From positions 1 to 64,000 of the IMG/VR virus record IMGVR_UViG_3300033120_000231: DNA of 64,000 nucleotides; one strand, 5' to 3'. Under the pieces are notes generated by a model. It did not search any database. It saw nothing but the letters and a program-made list of their open reading frames with translations, and was not told the DNA's origin. Of this stretch, positions 9,554 through 18,509 are shown piece by piece. Positions within the stretch are counted from its first letter, which is position 1. Each line of letters begins with the position of its first letter. Source of the stretch: a virus (lineage: Duplodnaviria; Caudoviricetes). The translations under genes and the position numbers were made by a program.

Positions 9554-10024
9554 TTAATTCTCCTTATTAAAACAATCACTCAAGTCATTCTCTACAAAGC
9601 TGCTTGGCTTTAAATATTTACCATTCATATCTCGAACTACATAACGTTTGTAATCAGAGTTATAACTGAAAATAGTTTCTTTGTTCTTAATTCCTTTATA
9701 AAATTCCTGCGTCTGTTCTACTTCTTCAAGACTTGTAGGGAATTTAGAAAGGTTATTATCAGCAGTCTTTACCATAGCTACATCAACCCTTGCTCCTAGA
9801 CTCTTTAGCTTACCAAGATACCCAAATACAGTAACTAGGATGTCCATACATCCATCCAGCTCTTCTACAAGGTCTTGGGCATCAAGAGCATCTTGCAATT
9901 CTGCTACTTCACTTTGGATGTAAGAAAGTTGTTGCTTTCTGTACTTAGGTGTAAGCTCTTCAGATTGTCCGGCAATCTCACATGCTCGTAGTGAGTTTTC
10001 ATATAGATAAGTTAGTTCTTTCAA
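9554..10024 (-). CDS. NTP pyrophosphohydrolase (MazG/PRA-PH-like)
   Basis: SEVAELQDA...VEELDGCMD acidic ExxE...ExxD motif; NNLSKF and GKYLKP. Confidence 0.8.
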   Translation of the reverse strand: MKELTYLYENSLRACEIAGQSEELTPKYRKQQLSYIQSEVAELQDALDAQDLVEELDGCMDILVTVFGYLGKLKSLGARVDVAMVKTADNNLSKFPTSLEEVEQTQEFYKGIKNKETIFSYNSDYKRYVVRDMNGKYLKPSSFVENDLSDCFNKEN

Positions 10025-10206
10025 TCTTCCTCCTTTTCAGTTAATACTTCGCAATCTTCCTTAAGCACAAAGTTCAAGCACTGGTATGCATTCTTCTCTC
10101 TGCACCAAAATACATCATGTTCAACTTTGTGTACGTCAAATATCTCTCCTAGATGTTTACTATACCAAAACATACTGTCGCTGTAGTCTGTGATTTTGAT
10201 TTTCAT
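10021..10206 (-). CDS. Hypothetical protein
   Basis: MKIKITDYSDSMFWY; overlapped start and stop. Confidence 0.65.
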   Translation of the reverse strand: MKIKITDYSDSMFWYSKHLGEIFDVHKVEHDVFWCREKNAYQCLNFVLKEDCEVLTEKEED

Positions 10207-10619
10207 AATCTCTCCGATGTCTTTACAAGATATGCATATTCCCACTCAGATGGATCACCAACTAGTCCGGCGTTTGTCGGATGAGGATCAAAAACCACAT
10301 AACCGTTACACCCAACCACTGCATGAATAACACCGTTTCCTCTTGGAGATGGGCCAGATATTTCATGGTAAATATCACCTTCAGAGCCAAAGAACGCAGC
10401 ACCTGACTTAGCGGGTACAACTAACCATGAGTACCCCTTACCTCGCAGGAATTCTTGCAATAACTCCCAATATATCACAGCATCCCCCTTACATTCGGAA
10501 AGGAAGTGCGGAACATCTACTATAGGTAAATCAAGTAAGCTTGCAATAACTGCACGCTGACAATCACCATAAACCCCGTTTACTGGACCATGGATAAACT
10601 CTTGTTTTTGTGGGGTCAT
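10203..10619 (-). CDS. Hypothetical protein, possible papain-like (C39-like) Cys/His peptidase
   Basis: GDCQRAVIASLL and VIHAVV motifs. Confidence 0.5.
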   Translation of the reverse strand: MTPQKQEFIHGPVNGVYGDCQRAVIASLLDLPIVDVPHFLSECKGDAVIYWELLQEFLRGKGYSWLVVPAKSGAAFFGSEGDIYHEISGPSPRGNGVIHAVVGCNGYVVFDPHPTNAGLVGDPSEWEYAYLVKTSERL

Positions 10620-11479
10620 TCAAAGCCACCTTTCCAACGCCCATCAGCAGAAAGTATCATTGGCTCAAGCACCGGAATAGAGTTTATTACAAGTCCTGTA
10701 CCAACAATAGGTTTTTTGATATTTACATTCTCATAAGCAAATGCATATCTTTCTTTGTCAATCAAACAACCAAGTTGAAGACCCCAATAAAGGTTACTTG
10801 GATTTGCCCACCAGTGGATTTTAAACTCCGAGTGGTAATGGCCCTGAACAGCACACATACCCATCTGCTGACTTAGTTTAGACACATCTGAGCTTTTTCC
10901 ATGATGCACATAGCACTGCTGACCATTTGGTAGCACTAATGTTAAATCAAAGTGCCACTTCCAACCTTCATCTACATTCAGTACATCATTATAACTCTTG
11001 ATATAGTGCTTAGGAATACCATTTGTTTTAGCCTTACGCCAAACAAGACTTCCGTGATTAGATTCTAACACATCCATCTTAGGAAAGATTCCCTCCAACT
11101 CTTTAATGAATGGCAGACTAACTTCTAACTCATGCCCTGCTGAATATCCGTCTGGATTATGCTCGTGGTAGCTTAATGAGTTTTTATCCAATTCATCGCC
11201 CAAGCAAATTACTCGCGTTGGGTTGTACTTCTTCTTGAGGTGTCGGAGAAATGCAAAGCTGTCTTGATGATGAAAAGGTACGTGCAAATCAGAGATAAAA
11301 AGAATTCTGGAGTTATCTTCCTTTGCACCACTTATGTCTGCACTACCAAGAGTCCTTAAATAATTATTCACACTTGACTTCTTCGTCTCCGACCCAAGCA
11401 CAATCTTAGCAATCTCCCGAGAAGAAAACCCAAGATCATTCAGAGCCTTCATCTTATCTTTTACATTTTGTGAGTGCAA
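10616..11479 (-). CDS. Calcineurin-like metallophosphoesterase with N-terminal HTH
   Basis: SDLH, LGDE, SNH, VHHG and GHYH motifs; LGFSSREIAK HTH. Confidence 0.88.
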   Translation of the reverse strand: MHSQNVKDKMKALNDLGFSSREIAKIVLGSETKKSSVNNYLRTLGSADISGAKEDNSRILFISDLHVPFHHQDSFAFLRHLKKKYNPTRVICLGDELDKNSLSYHEHNPDGYSAGHELEVSLPFIKELEGIFPKMDVLESNHGSLVWRKAKTNGIPKHYIKSYNDVLNVDEGWKWHFDLTLVLPNGQQCYVHHGKSSDVSKLSQQMGMCAVQGHYHSEFKIHWWANPSNLYWGLQLGCLIDKERYAFAYENVNIKKPIVGTGLVINSIPVLEPMILSADGRWKGGFE

Positions 11480-11484
11480 TATAT

Positions 11485-11979
11485 TTACTCCTTTACAAAG
11501 ATTGTGCCATATTTTGAAAATTCTTGCTTAAACATTTGAATATCCTTTCCTTTGTAATAAATAATCCGACCTTGTAGTGGTGTCTTATTCTCTGTCCCGT
11601 CAGGTTTCATAAACTTTACCCTTCCAGCCACCAAACAAATAGCATTAGCCCACTGTAGAAACTCTTGTCCAACTTTCGTATCTGTATTGTTGTTGGTTAG
11701 TACAATTGCTTGATTAATATTAGAATTGAAAAGTTTTACAGCTAGCGGTTTTAGACTCTTTGAGTCATAAGGAGGATTCATCCAAACATTTCCTGTCCAC
11801 TCTTTATTTAACCCTTGATTTTCAAGACTATAGAAAGTATTATCTTGAATCCAAGAATTAGCTACTTCATTGCTGGCAGGGTCAAGGTCAATACTCCCCA
11901 TAACCACTCTGGCAGAATCGGTGAACCTCTTTGGAGTGTAGTGCTCCTGATTACCTGAGTTATTTACAATGTGGCTCAA
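11485..11979 (-). CDS. Phage DNA N6-adenine methyltransferase (Dam-type)
   Basis: HYTP, IDLDPAS and VWMNPPY motifs. Confidence 0.85.
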   Translation of the reverse strand: MSHIVNNSGNQEHYTPKRFTDSARVVMGSIDLDPASNEVANSWIQDNTFYSLENQGLNKEWTGNVWMNPPYDSKSLKPLAVKLFNSNINQAIVLTNNNTDTKVGQEFLQWANAICLVAGRVKFMKPDGTENKTPLQGRIIYYKGKDIQMFKQEFSKYGTIFVKE

Positions 11980-11982
11980 TGT

Positions 11983-12210
11983 TTATTCCTCTGTAGAATC
12001 AAAATAAGTAATATTTATATAAGGGTAATCTTCATCAAACCTATGCCCAGTACTAAGATTGATGCCTACACTATCGTTTTTTAAAAGATAACCACTTCCC
12101 CGAAGGAACTTCACGAAGCTGTCTAGTGCTGAATACCAAGTTTCACTGTCAAACTCGTGAGTAACTGTAGTTTTATCAAAATCATCTGTGCATTGTAGTT
12201 TGAATTTCAT
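11983..12210 (-). CDS. Hypothetical protein
   Basis: GGAG RBS; FVKFLRGSGY. Confidence 0.7.
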   Translation of the reverse strand: MKFKLQCTDDFDKTTVTHEFDSETWYSALDSFVKFLRGSGYLLKNDSVGINLSTGHRFDEDYPYINITYFDSTEE

Positions 12211-12222
12211 ATCAAATCTCCT

Positions 12223-12450
12223 TTAAATTAGTGTTGGCATTTCGGTAATCTTAGCAAGGCAAATCCCGTTAATTTCAACATAGCTATTCATATACGGGGA
12301 GTTTGTAACATCATTACTTCCTACGTGAACTGTACGTCCACCTATAGATGTTCTCATGACCTCTCTAAGTTTTACAACAGATGTTGAGTACAGAATAGGA
12401 TGTCCCCAAGTTTCATGTGCTTCACGGATGTATAGTCCAAACACTTTCAT
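12223..12450 (-). CDS. Hypothetical protein
   Basis: In-operon ORF with RBS. Confidence 0.65.
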   Translation of the reverse strand: MKVFGLYIREAHETWGHPILYSTSVVKLREVMRTSIGGRTVHVGSNDVTNSPYMNSYVEINGICLAKITEMPTLI

Positions 12451-12475
12451 ACGTTCAATCCTTTGTCTTGCACTT

Positions 12476-12973
12476 TCATTTATTTTTCCTTTCTTGAATT
12501 AACTTCTTGATCTGCTCGAAACTAAATTGCTTTGTATTTAAAGCCGTTTTGAACAGTTTTTTACGCTCAGTGCTATTACCCCCTTGACTCTGCCCTAAAT
12601 CTTCTAGAACAGCCTTTTTATCACCTTCTGGAAGGCTTGCGAAGTCTATACAAAGCCTCTTCAGAAAACCTGGGTGAAGTGGATTATGCGAGTAATCTTG
12701 TTCATAATACTCTGCAAGGTTTCTAAGAATCTCAGGTAAGGGCTTATCACTCAACCACTTTAAACAACGAACCCAAGCATTGTACACCTTACCTTCAAAT
12801 GCATTTGTATTTCTATTCAATGCTGCTCTAACATGCTGGGTAACGTGATCGTGATCACAGACTTGAGTTTCTTTAAACGGTTCCTTTAGGATTGGATCAA
12901 TCCCTCCTTGTTTTTCTGCAAGTCTATCTCTTACTCGTTTAACATCGGCGGGTGTGTACAAATGCTCAGTCAC
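12476..12973 (-). CDS. Recombination endonuclease VII-like resolvase
   Basis: VCDHDHVTQHVRAALNRNTNAFEGK. Confidence 0.85.
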   Translation of the reverse strand: MTEHLYTPADVKRVRDRLAEKQGGIDPILKEPFKETQVCDHDHVTQHVRAALNRNTNAFEGKVYNAWVRCLKWLSDKPLPEILRNLAEYYEQDYSHNPLHPGFLKRLCIDFASLPEGDKKAVLEDLGQSQGGNSTERKKLFKTALNTKQFSFEQIKKLIQERKNK

Positions 12974-13170
12974 ATCAGAGCCTCAAAAGCAAATAACTCT
13001 CCGCTATCAAAGTAATAAGTCATAGATTTTCCATTACACTCATAAGACTCATGATAGAAGCTTCCTGTGAATTGCCCTGAACTCTCATTGATACATTTAC
13101 CATTTTCTTTATCAAAGTTATACATCTTCTTTACATTATCACGCTGTTGCTGTGTTTTGATTTCAATCAT
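12970..13170 (-). CDS. Hypothetical protein
   Basis: In-operon ORF. Confidence 0.6.
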   Translation of the reverse strand: MIEIKTQQQRDNVKKMYNFDKENGKCINESSGQFTGSFYHESYECNGKSMTYYFDSGELFAFEALM

Positions 13171-13173
13171 ATT

Positions 13174-13743
13174 TTAATCCTTTCCGTGGTGATCTGTAAA
13201 CCCATGATTTTCAACTGCTGTTTTTAAAGCTTTTTCGCGCCATTCAAGTGCTAGTTGCTCTGCTTGAACTTTACCATACTTCTCTTCAGAAAAAGATTTA
13301 CTCAACATCACTTTATCAATACTAATATAAGCAACCCAACGATATGTATTTCTTGATATTCTCCGTACAACCCCTGTCACACCGGAAGTGTTTTTACGGA
13401 GTTTTAACTTATTTCTCATATTAATTTTGTAAGGCACCATTCTGAGATTAGAAATCTTATTGTTTAATGCATTCCTATCAATATGATCAACAACACACTC
13501 AGGGTTATAGTCTATCCCCATAAGTTTGTACACCACCCTGTGAACGTTATACATTTTATCTGCATGTCTAAAAGTCCAATACTCATAATCCCTTCCATTA
13601 ATTCTTTGAATATGCCCCACCCGCATTCCTGGTTTAATACTAGTACCTCTCTTTACTTTCCAAATCAACCCCGAAGGGCTGCTTTCAGAATACTCTACTA
13701 ATTCACACCAATTTACATTTTCATACTTATTTGTAGGTTTCAT
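13174..13743 (-). CDS. HNH homing endonuclease (HNH plus AP2-like domain)
   Basis: YNVHRVVY...VDHIDRNALNNKISNLR, NTSGVTGV. Confidence 0.9.
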   Translation of the reverse strand: MKPTNKYENVNWCELVEYSESSPSGLIWKVKRGTSIKPGMRVGHIQRINGRDYEYWTFRHADKMYNVHRVVYKLMGIDYNPECVVDHIDRNALNNKISNLRMVPYKINMRNKLKLRKNTSGVTGVVRRISRNTYRWVAYISIDKVMLSKSFSEEKYGKVQAEQLALEWREKALKTAVENHGFTDHHGKD

Positions 13744-14714
13744 ATATCTATCTTTAGGTTTTCAAAAGTTTTTGAGAGGTTGATTTTATCTCCTTTCCAT
13801 CTTTGTAGATGACATAACTGAAACATCTCACTCATTACATAAAACCAATCAATTTCAAAAGTATTTCCTTTCCAATTTGTGATTACCTTCGGTTCTGGGT
13901 AGAGGTACTGGAAGTGACTTTTCATAGCAATAAAAGCCTCTATATCGTTCTTGCAATCCTTGAGGGCATTGTATGCTGTTACAGGGCCGTTCTCTTTATC
14001 GGAGAAGCAATGAGGCCAATAGTGGTCACTTATGTCTCCTTGACAAACTTGCAAGTATTTAAACATTCTCCCGTAACCATCCACTTCTTTTTCATTTCGC
14101 CAAAGTTTACCAAAACCCCTTACTTTACGTCTATCGTCGTTCAGATAGAAATACCAGTTACCATCACAACCCTTGAAATCCTTGTCCAAAACCGTTGCTA
14201 TAAAGTCTTTCTTATTTTTTACAGCAGCATAATTGTCCATAGAAACCAAATCATCTGCCTCTAAGTTTCTAGCTACTACCGCTTTGTGATGCTGCACAAC
14301 ATATTCCTTGCACGCCAGAAGATGAATAGGAAGTTCTGCTACTCGTTGTCCTTTGTAAGGCTGTAACGTGCAAATGTCTTTCCTAAAATTGGAATCACCG
14401 CCGACGTATCCGTAATAATCCTTTGTATCAAACTTATCAAGCATCCCTTCAATGGTACTCTTGATGGACTTCAAAGCATATTCTACAGGTTCAGGTGCTG
14501 TCACATCTTGAATATCAAAGTCTTCAAGTTTCAATTCAGGATGTGCTGATAACCAACCACCATCTTTTCGTTTCCAATAACCGTAAAAGTCCGTTCGTGT
14601 TTTAAATGTCTCTACGTTTCCTGTAGGTCTATGCAAACAACTGATGCTACGTTGCTGGTTCGCAGCGGCTGCACGGAAGCAGGTCGCATCGTAATCAAAG
14701 CAAAGTTTTTTCAA
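13740..14714 (-). CDS. 5'-3' exonuclease (T7 gp6-like / flap family)
   Basis: FDYD, NFR...YKGQR, EADD, LDKD and GDISD acidic motifs; probable TTG start at 14714 with GGAGG. Confidence 0.8.
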   Translation of the reverse strand: MKKLCFDYDATCFRAAAANQQRSISCLHRPTGNVETFKTRTDFYGYWKRKDGGWLSAHPELKLEDFDIQDVTAPEPVEYALKSIKSTIEGMLDKFDTKDYYGYVGGDSNFRKDICTLQPYKGQRVAELPIHLLACKEYVVQHHKAVVARNLEADDLVSMDNYAAVKNKKDFIATVLDKDFKGCDGNWYFYLNDDRRKVRGFGKLWRNEKEVDGYGRMFKYLQVCQGDISDHYWPHCFSDKENGPVTAYNALKDCKNDIEAFIAMKSHFQYLYPEPKVITNWKGNTFEIDWFYVMSEMFQLCHLQRWKGDKINLSKTFENLKIDI

Positions 14715-15498
14715 TATACCCCTCCAATTCTCTTGCGTAGTCGTCAATATCAAAATTATCTAAAACCCATGCTGCAAATAGAATAAGTTCTAATGGGGTT
14801 GCATCAGACTTCATTTTGTTTGCCCTGTTACTCACAATTTGAATATTTCCCTTTGTATATCCAAACTCCGGGATAATCTTATCTATACTTGGGGAATTGC
14901 CCGTCTGCTTACCAGTCTTAGAGAGTCTAATTGGGATATGCAGAACCGGGCAAATTTCTGGTATTTCTAAGTCCGAAAGTTCAATATTAAAAGGAATACC
15001 ATTCTTTAAAGACCTACTTTTACAACTACTAAGTTTTGATTGCAAATAGTTACTTTCTTGCCACAACCGTTTGTACTCAGACACTCTTTCTTTATTGTTT
15101 TCTTCCCATTTTATTCGGCATTCATGCAGTTTATCTTTGTTTTTGATAGCATACTCTTTGTGCTTAGTGCGTATTTTGCTTTTATTTTTCTGATAATATT
15201 CTTGATGATACTTTGTAGGATCAAACTTTTCACCAAGTATTGTATTTAGTTTTGCTCTCAACGTCCACAATTTCTTACAGTTTAATTTAGAAATTGCATT
15301 TATTTGTAGAAGTAATTCTTGTCCTGAATATATTTGGTTAGTCCATTCTAACACTTCTGCACGAACTCCCTTAATTCTTTCTTTATTCCGATCACTTACG
15401 CATTTTCTACAATGGTAGGAGTAACCTCTTGATCCTTTTGCCTTATAGAACTCAGATAAGTCTTTTTCTTTTCCACATTTAGTACATGTTCCTTGCAT
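14695..15498 (-). CDS. Free-standing His-Me finger (HNH-like) endonuclease with N-terminal Zn finger
   Basis: CTKCGKEK..SEFY...HCRKC; CPVL...SPSIDKIIPEFGYTKGNIQIVSNRANKMKS. Confidence 0.8.
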   Translation of the reverse strand: MQGTCTKCGKEKDLSEFYKAKGSRGYSYHCRKCVSDRNKERIKGVRAEVLEWTNQIYSGQELLLQINAISKLNCKKLWTLRAKLNTILGEKFDPTKYHQEYYQKNKSKIRTKHKEYAIKNKDKLHECRIKWEENNKERVSEYKRLWQESNYLQSKLSSCKSRSLKNGIPFNIELSDLEIPEICPVLHIPIRLSKTGKQTGNSPSIDKIIPEFGYTKGNIQIVSNRANKMKSDATPLELILFAAWVLDNFDIDDYARELEGYIEKTLL

Positions 15499-15524
15499 TT
15501 AATAGCCCCAAAAGGGGCTCCTCC

Positions 15525-15773
15525 TTAACTGTTCCGAACCTCATCCACAAGCAAAGCAAATATTTCATTTTTCTCCAAAACATCATCCACTTTGTTTTCT
15601 GCCATGCTCTTTGCGATTTTAGCCAGTAAGGTAGCATCGAACCCCGCCTCCTTCGCATCAGCCTTCAATTCGGCTACATTTTCCATAATGCTTTCGACTT
15701 CATAAAATTCTCGCTTCATCGCTTGTACATACTCAGCTTTAGTCTTAAATTTCTTAGTTGTTTCTTCAGTCAT
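15525..15773 (-). CDS. DsbA/GapR-like dsDNA-binding protein
   Basis: ENVAELKADAKEAGFDATLLAKIAK pattern. Confidence 0.6.
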   Translation of the reverse strand: MTEETTKKFKTKAEYVQAMKREFYEVESIMENVAELKADAKEAGFDATLLAKIAKSMAENKVDDVLEKNEIFALLVDEVRNS

Positions 15774-15784
15774 ATATTTCTCCT

Positions 15785-15979
15785 TTAAGTTGATTTCTTC
15801 ACATTACCAAATGTAACAAGACTCAGCCAAACCACCGCGCACCAAGTCCAGAAACTATAAGTAATATTCAAACTGAACAATGTATTTAGCGACCAGATTG
15901 TAATCAGAGGCCCAACACCAATTAAAACAACAATCAAAATAACAAGTCCTACAACACCTAATGCTTCTTTCATATTCAT
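15785..15979 (-). CDS. Small membrane protein
   Basis: Two hydrophobic segments. Confidence 0.7.
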   Translation of the reverse strand: MNMKEALGVVGLVILIVVLIGVGPLITIWSLNTLFSLNITYSFWTWCAVVWLSLVTFGNVKKST

Positions 15980-15990
15980 TCTCCTTTAAA

Positions 15991-16218
15991 TTAACTCTTA
16001 AACTTCGTATCGTTCGTAACTTCGTTACTCACTTTCAATAATTTACCAAGCAGTAAATTAACCCCATACAGTAAATAATGCACTAGCATAACAATCCCAA
16101 CTGATACAAGTGTAAGAACACCCCCAACACTGAATACGATTAGCATTAGGATTATTGAAATGCAATACTCAGTCAACCAAAGGAATTTTTCGTAGGTGTT
16201 CAAGATACTGCTACCCAT
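15991..16218 (-). CDS. Small membrane protein (start uncertain)
   Basis: Long hydrophobic stretch. Confidence 0.55.
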   Translation of the reverse strand: MGSSILNTYEKFLWLTEYCISIILMLIVFSVGGVLTLVSVGIVMLVHYLLYGVNLLLGKLLKVSNEVTNDTKFKS

Positions 16219-16484
16219 TTTTCTACAATAATTGTTTCAGTAACCTTATGCACTTCTGTCAGTTCAGCATCTGGAAAGTCAAAATCATAGTCCGAAAAGT
16301 AACTGCCAGATCGTTGTACTGTAAAGGTGTAAGACTTTCCTGAGATAATATCCTTTACTACTGGGTAGCAGTATTGATATTTACCTTGATCATCCCAATT
16401 GGATTCATCTACGGTTTCATAATCAGGATGATCCTCATGCCAGATTTGTTTCTGATCACTTGATGATACTTTAATAGTGCTCAT
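16200..16484 (-). CDS. Hypothetical protein
   Basis: RSGSYFSDYDF motif; in operon. Confidence 0.7.
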   Translation of the reverse strand: MSTIKVSSSDQKQIWHEDHPDYETVDESNWDDQGKYQYCYPVVKDIISGKSYTFTVQRSGSYFSDYDFDFPDAELTEVHKVTETIIVEKWVAVS

Positions 16485-16486
16485 GT

Positions 16487-16735
16487 TTACCGCCCTGGGA
16501 TAACTTGAATAGCAATCTTACGAACATGCGCCCGTTTTACATCATCAAAGTGTTCTACGGTGTTACGATACCACCGAGCACGCTGACGAGTACTGAGTAC
16601 ATTAGCAGGACTAACAATACCATCAATTTCAACCGCCCATGCAATAATAGGAATTTCTCGTGCTGTCTTGCTGATAGCAGCTTTAACTTTCGTGTTCTTA
16701 CTCTTAGCGCTCACAACTTTGTTGTTCTCTTTCAT
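16487..16735 (-). CDS. Hypothetical basic protein
   Basis: GAGG RBS before MKENNK. Confidence 0.65.
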   Translation of the reverse strand: MKENNKVVSAKSKNTKVKAAISKTAREIPIIAWAVEIDGIVSPANVLSTRQRARWYRNTVEHFDDVKRAHVRKIAIQVIPGR

Positions 16736-16736
16736 T

Positions 16737-16883
16737 TCACTTACCTCCTCGTTGGTTGTTAGCATTCATCCGTTTAACCGCTTCATCGGCGAACCGTTTT
16801 AAAGTTAGCAATAATACGTTCTCATATTTTTCGCAATCAAATACTGCGTGAAAACCGTTTACAAACTTGTACTTATAGCGCAT
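16737..16883 (-). CDS. Hypothetical protein
   Basis: GGAG RBS before MRYKYKF. Confidence 0.6.
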   Translation of the reverse strand: MRYKYKFVNGFHAVFDCEKYENVLLLTLKRFADEAVKRMNANNQRGGK

Positions 16884-16884
16884 T

Positions 16885-17490
16885 TTAACTCCTTCTCTTC
16901 GTTGTTTCACCTTTGGAGATATGCAATTGAGTGAAGTCACTCTTCCCTTGCTTATTTAACTCCAACATCATACCTTTCCTCCACTCACAGGCTGCTTTAA
17001 AAGCTGCATCTTCACCTAAGTCCAGTACTGAGAAATACTTATAAAGGTCCTTGACAACTGCTTTAACTAGTTTAGTTACCCTACCATCAGCGTTAGTCCA
17101 ACTAATCCACCTAACACCCGCAACACCAGAGTTATTTGAAAAGTGTCTAGCCCTATTCTGGGAGTTTCCTTCGCTAGTCACGAGTCTGAGATTTGAGAGG
17201 CAGTTGTTTAAGGAATTTCCGTCAATATGATCTACAATCATTCCTTCTGGTATTTTCCCTACTTCAATTTCCCATATAACCCGTGATGCAGTGTAGTTCT
17301 TATTATAAATGGCTACCATGATCCTCCTATAATTTCCTCCAGAACGAATATAACCGCAAGGTTCTCCTTCTTTTGCTGGACAAAGATTTCCTATTCTTCT
17401 TGTCGTGCTCCACACTAAGCCACTCCAACTTTTTTCGTCATACCTGACGTACTTAGAGAGTTCAGTGGCATCAATTTCAAGTGGTTTCAA
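16885..17490 (-). CDS. HNH homing endonuclease (HNH plus AP2-like domain)
   Basis: ASRVIWE...IVDHIDGNSLNNCLSNLR, NNSGVAGV. Confidence 0.88.
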   Translation of the reverse strand: MKPLEIDATELSKYVRYDEKSWSGLVWSTTRRIGNLCPAKEGEPCGYIRSGGNYRRIMVAIYNKNYTASRVIWEIEVGKIPEGMIVDHIDGNSLNNCLSNLRLVTSEGNSQNRARHFSNNSGVAGVRWISWTNADGRVTKLVKAVVKDLYKYFSVLDLGEDAAFKAACEWRKGMMLELNKQGKSDFTQLHISKGETTKRRS

Positions 17491-17550
17491 ATTTAAACAC
17501 CCCCTTAATCTTATTTATTAAATTATCACATAAACTCTAAGACCCTTAGA

Positions 17551-17627
17551 TGGTCTGCCCGGAGAGATTCAAACTCCCGACCAATCGTGTAGAAAACGAC
17601 TACTCTGATTCACTGAGTTACGGGCAG
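17551..17627 (-). tRNA. tRNA-Arg (UCU)
   Basis: Acceptor CTGCCCG/CGGGCAG+A+CCA; D-stem ACTC/GAGT; anticodon loop TTTCTAC; T-loop TTTGAAT. D-loop reads GA instead of GG. Confidence 0.88.
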
Positions 17628-17635
17628 GCAATCTA

Positions 17636-17726
17636 AAGGCCCTAGAGGGTGTTGTAAGCCACTGAAACGATCTAGGCTAAGGTAGAGTACCTTAGCCTAG
17701 AAAGTCTAACTGAGGGCGTTTAAATC
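17636..17726 (-). repeat. Dispersed GATTTAAACG/hairpin element, copy E2
   Basis: Perfect 14-bp hairpin TCTAGGCTAAGGTA-GAG-TACCTTAGCCTAGA (17671-17701); CGTTTAAATC at 17717-17726. Confidence 0.6.
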
Positions 17727-17729
17727 AGA

Positions 17730-18395
17730 TCAGAAGGGATCAGAACTTTCGTCATCTGAATCATCAACCGGAGGCTTCTTACCTTTCGCTGCAACAGGAG
17801 TCTTAGCCTTTGCTGGAACGACTACAGTACCACCGTTACCATCATCTGCTTCATCTTCAAATTCGGAACCACTTTTGTAATCACTAGTCTTTGCTTCGTA
17901 TTCCACAAGTTCAGTAACCAGAACATTCTTCAGGTACAAAGAAGAACCACCAGCGGTACGATCAAAACGATCAACACTGATTGCACCCTTGGAACCATTG
18001 CCGACCAATGTAGTAGCCGTAACATCCTTGAGTACCTTACCTTCTTTCAAGTAGATTTTCGGCTTGTACTGGTCAGGAACTGGTTTACCAGTCTTACCAA
18101 GTTCAGTGCTCTTGCGAAGTGTCAGTACCCAAACATTCTTGTGTGCACCTTCCGGTACAGCAGTCTTATACTTTTCTTCAAACTCCGCAACTTTAACTTT
18201 CTTCAGAGAAATCTGAGTATCTAGTTCACGAGCGTAATCTTCAAGAGCGTCAACATAGTCTTCATCGGTGAGAACCACTCCTGCTTTCCATTCGTCTGCC
18301 TTTGCTGGTGCTCCTGGTTTAACATAGGCTTTCACAGGTTCTTGCATTTGCACGTACACCAGAGTACCGTAGATTTTTTCAAAGTTGTATGACAT
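17730..18395 (-). CDS. Single-stranded DNA-binding protein (T7 gp2.5-like)
   Basis: OB-fold-like body, LVGNGSKG, acidic tail ending DDSDDESSDPF. Confidence 0.8.
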   Translation of the reverse strand: MSYNFEKIYGTLVYVQMQEPVKAYVKPGAPAKADEWKAGVVLTDEDYVDALEDYARELDTQISLKKVKVAEFEEKYKTAVPEGAHKNVWVLTLRKSTELGKTGKPVPDQYKPKIYLKEGKVLKDVTATTLVGNGSKGAISVDRFDRTAGGSSLYLKNVLVTELVEYEAKTSDYKSGSEFEDEADDGNGGTVVVPAKAKTPVAAKGKKPPVDDSDDESSDPF

Positions 18396-18509
18396 AATTT
18401 CCTTTCAATAAGGGTTGTTTTAATAATGCTACTTTCATAGCGACTTTCTAACCGACTTGGCTTTTACAGATGCACTAACTGCTTTTCCTAACTAATTAAC
18501 TAGGAAATC

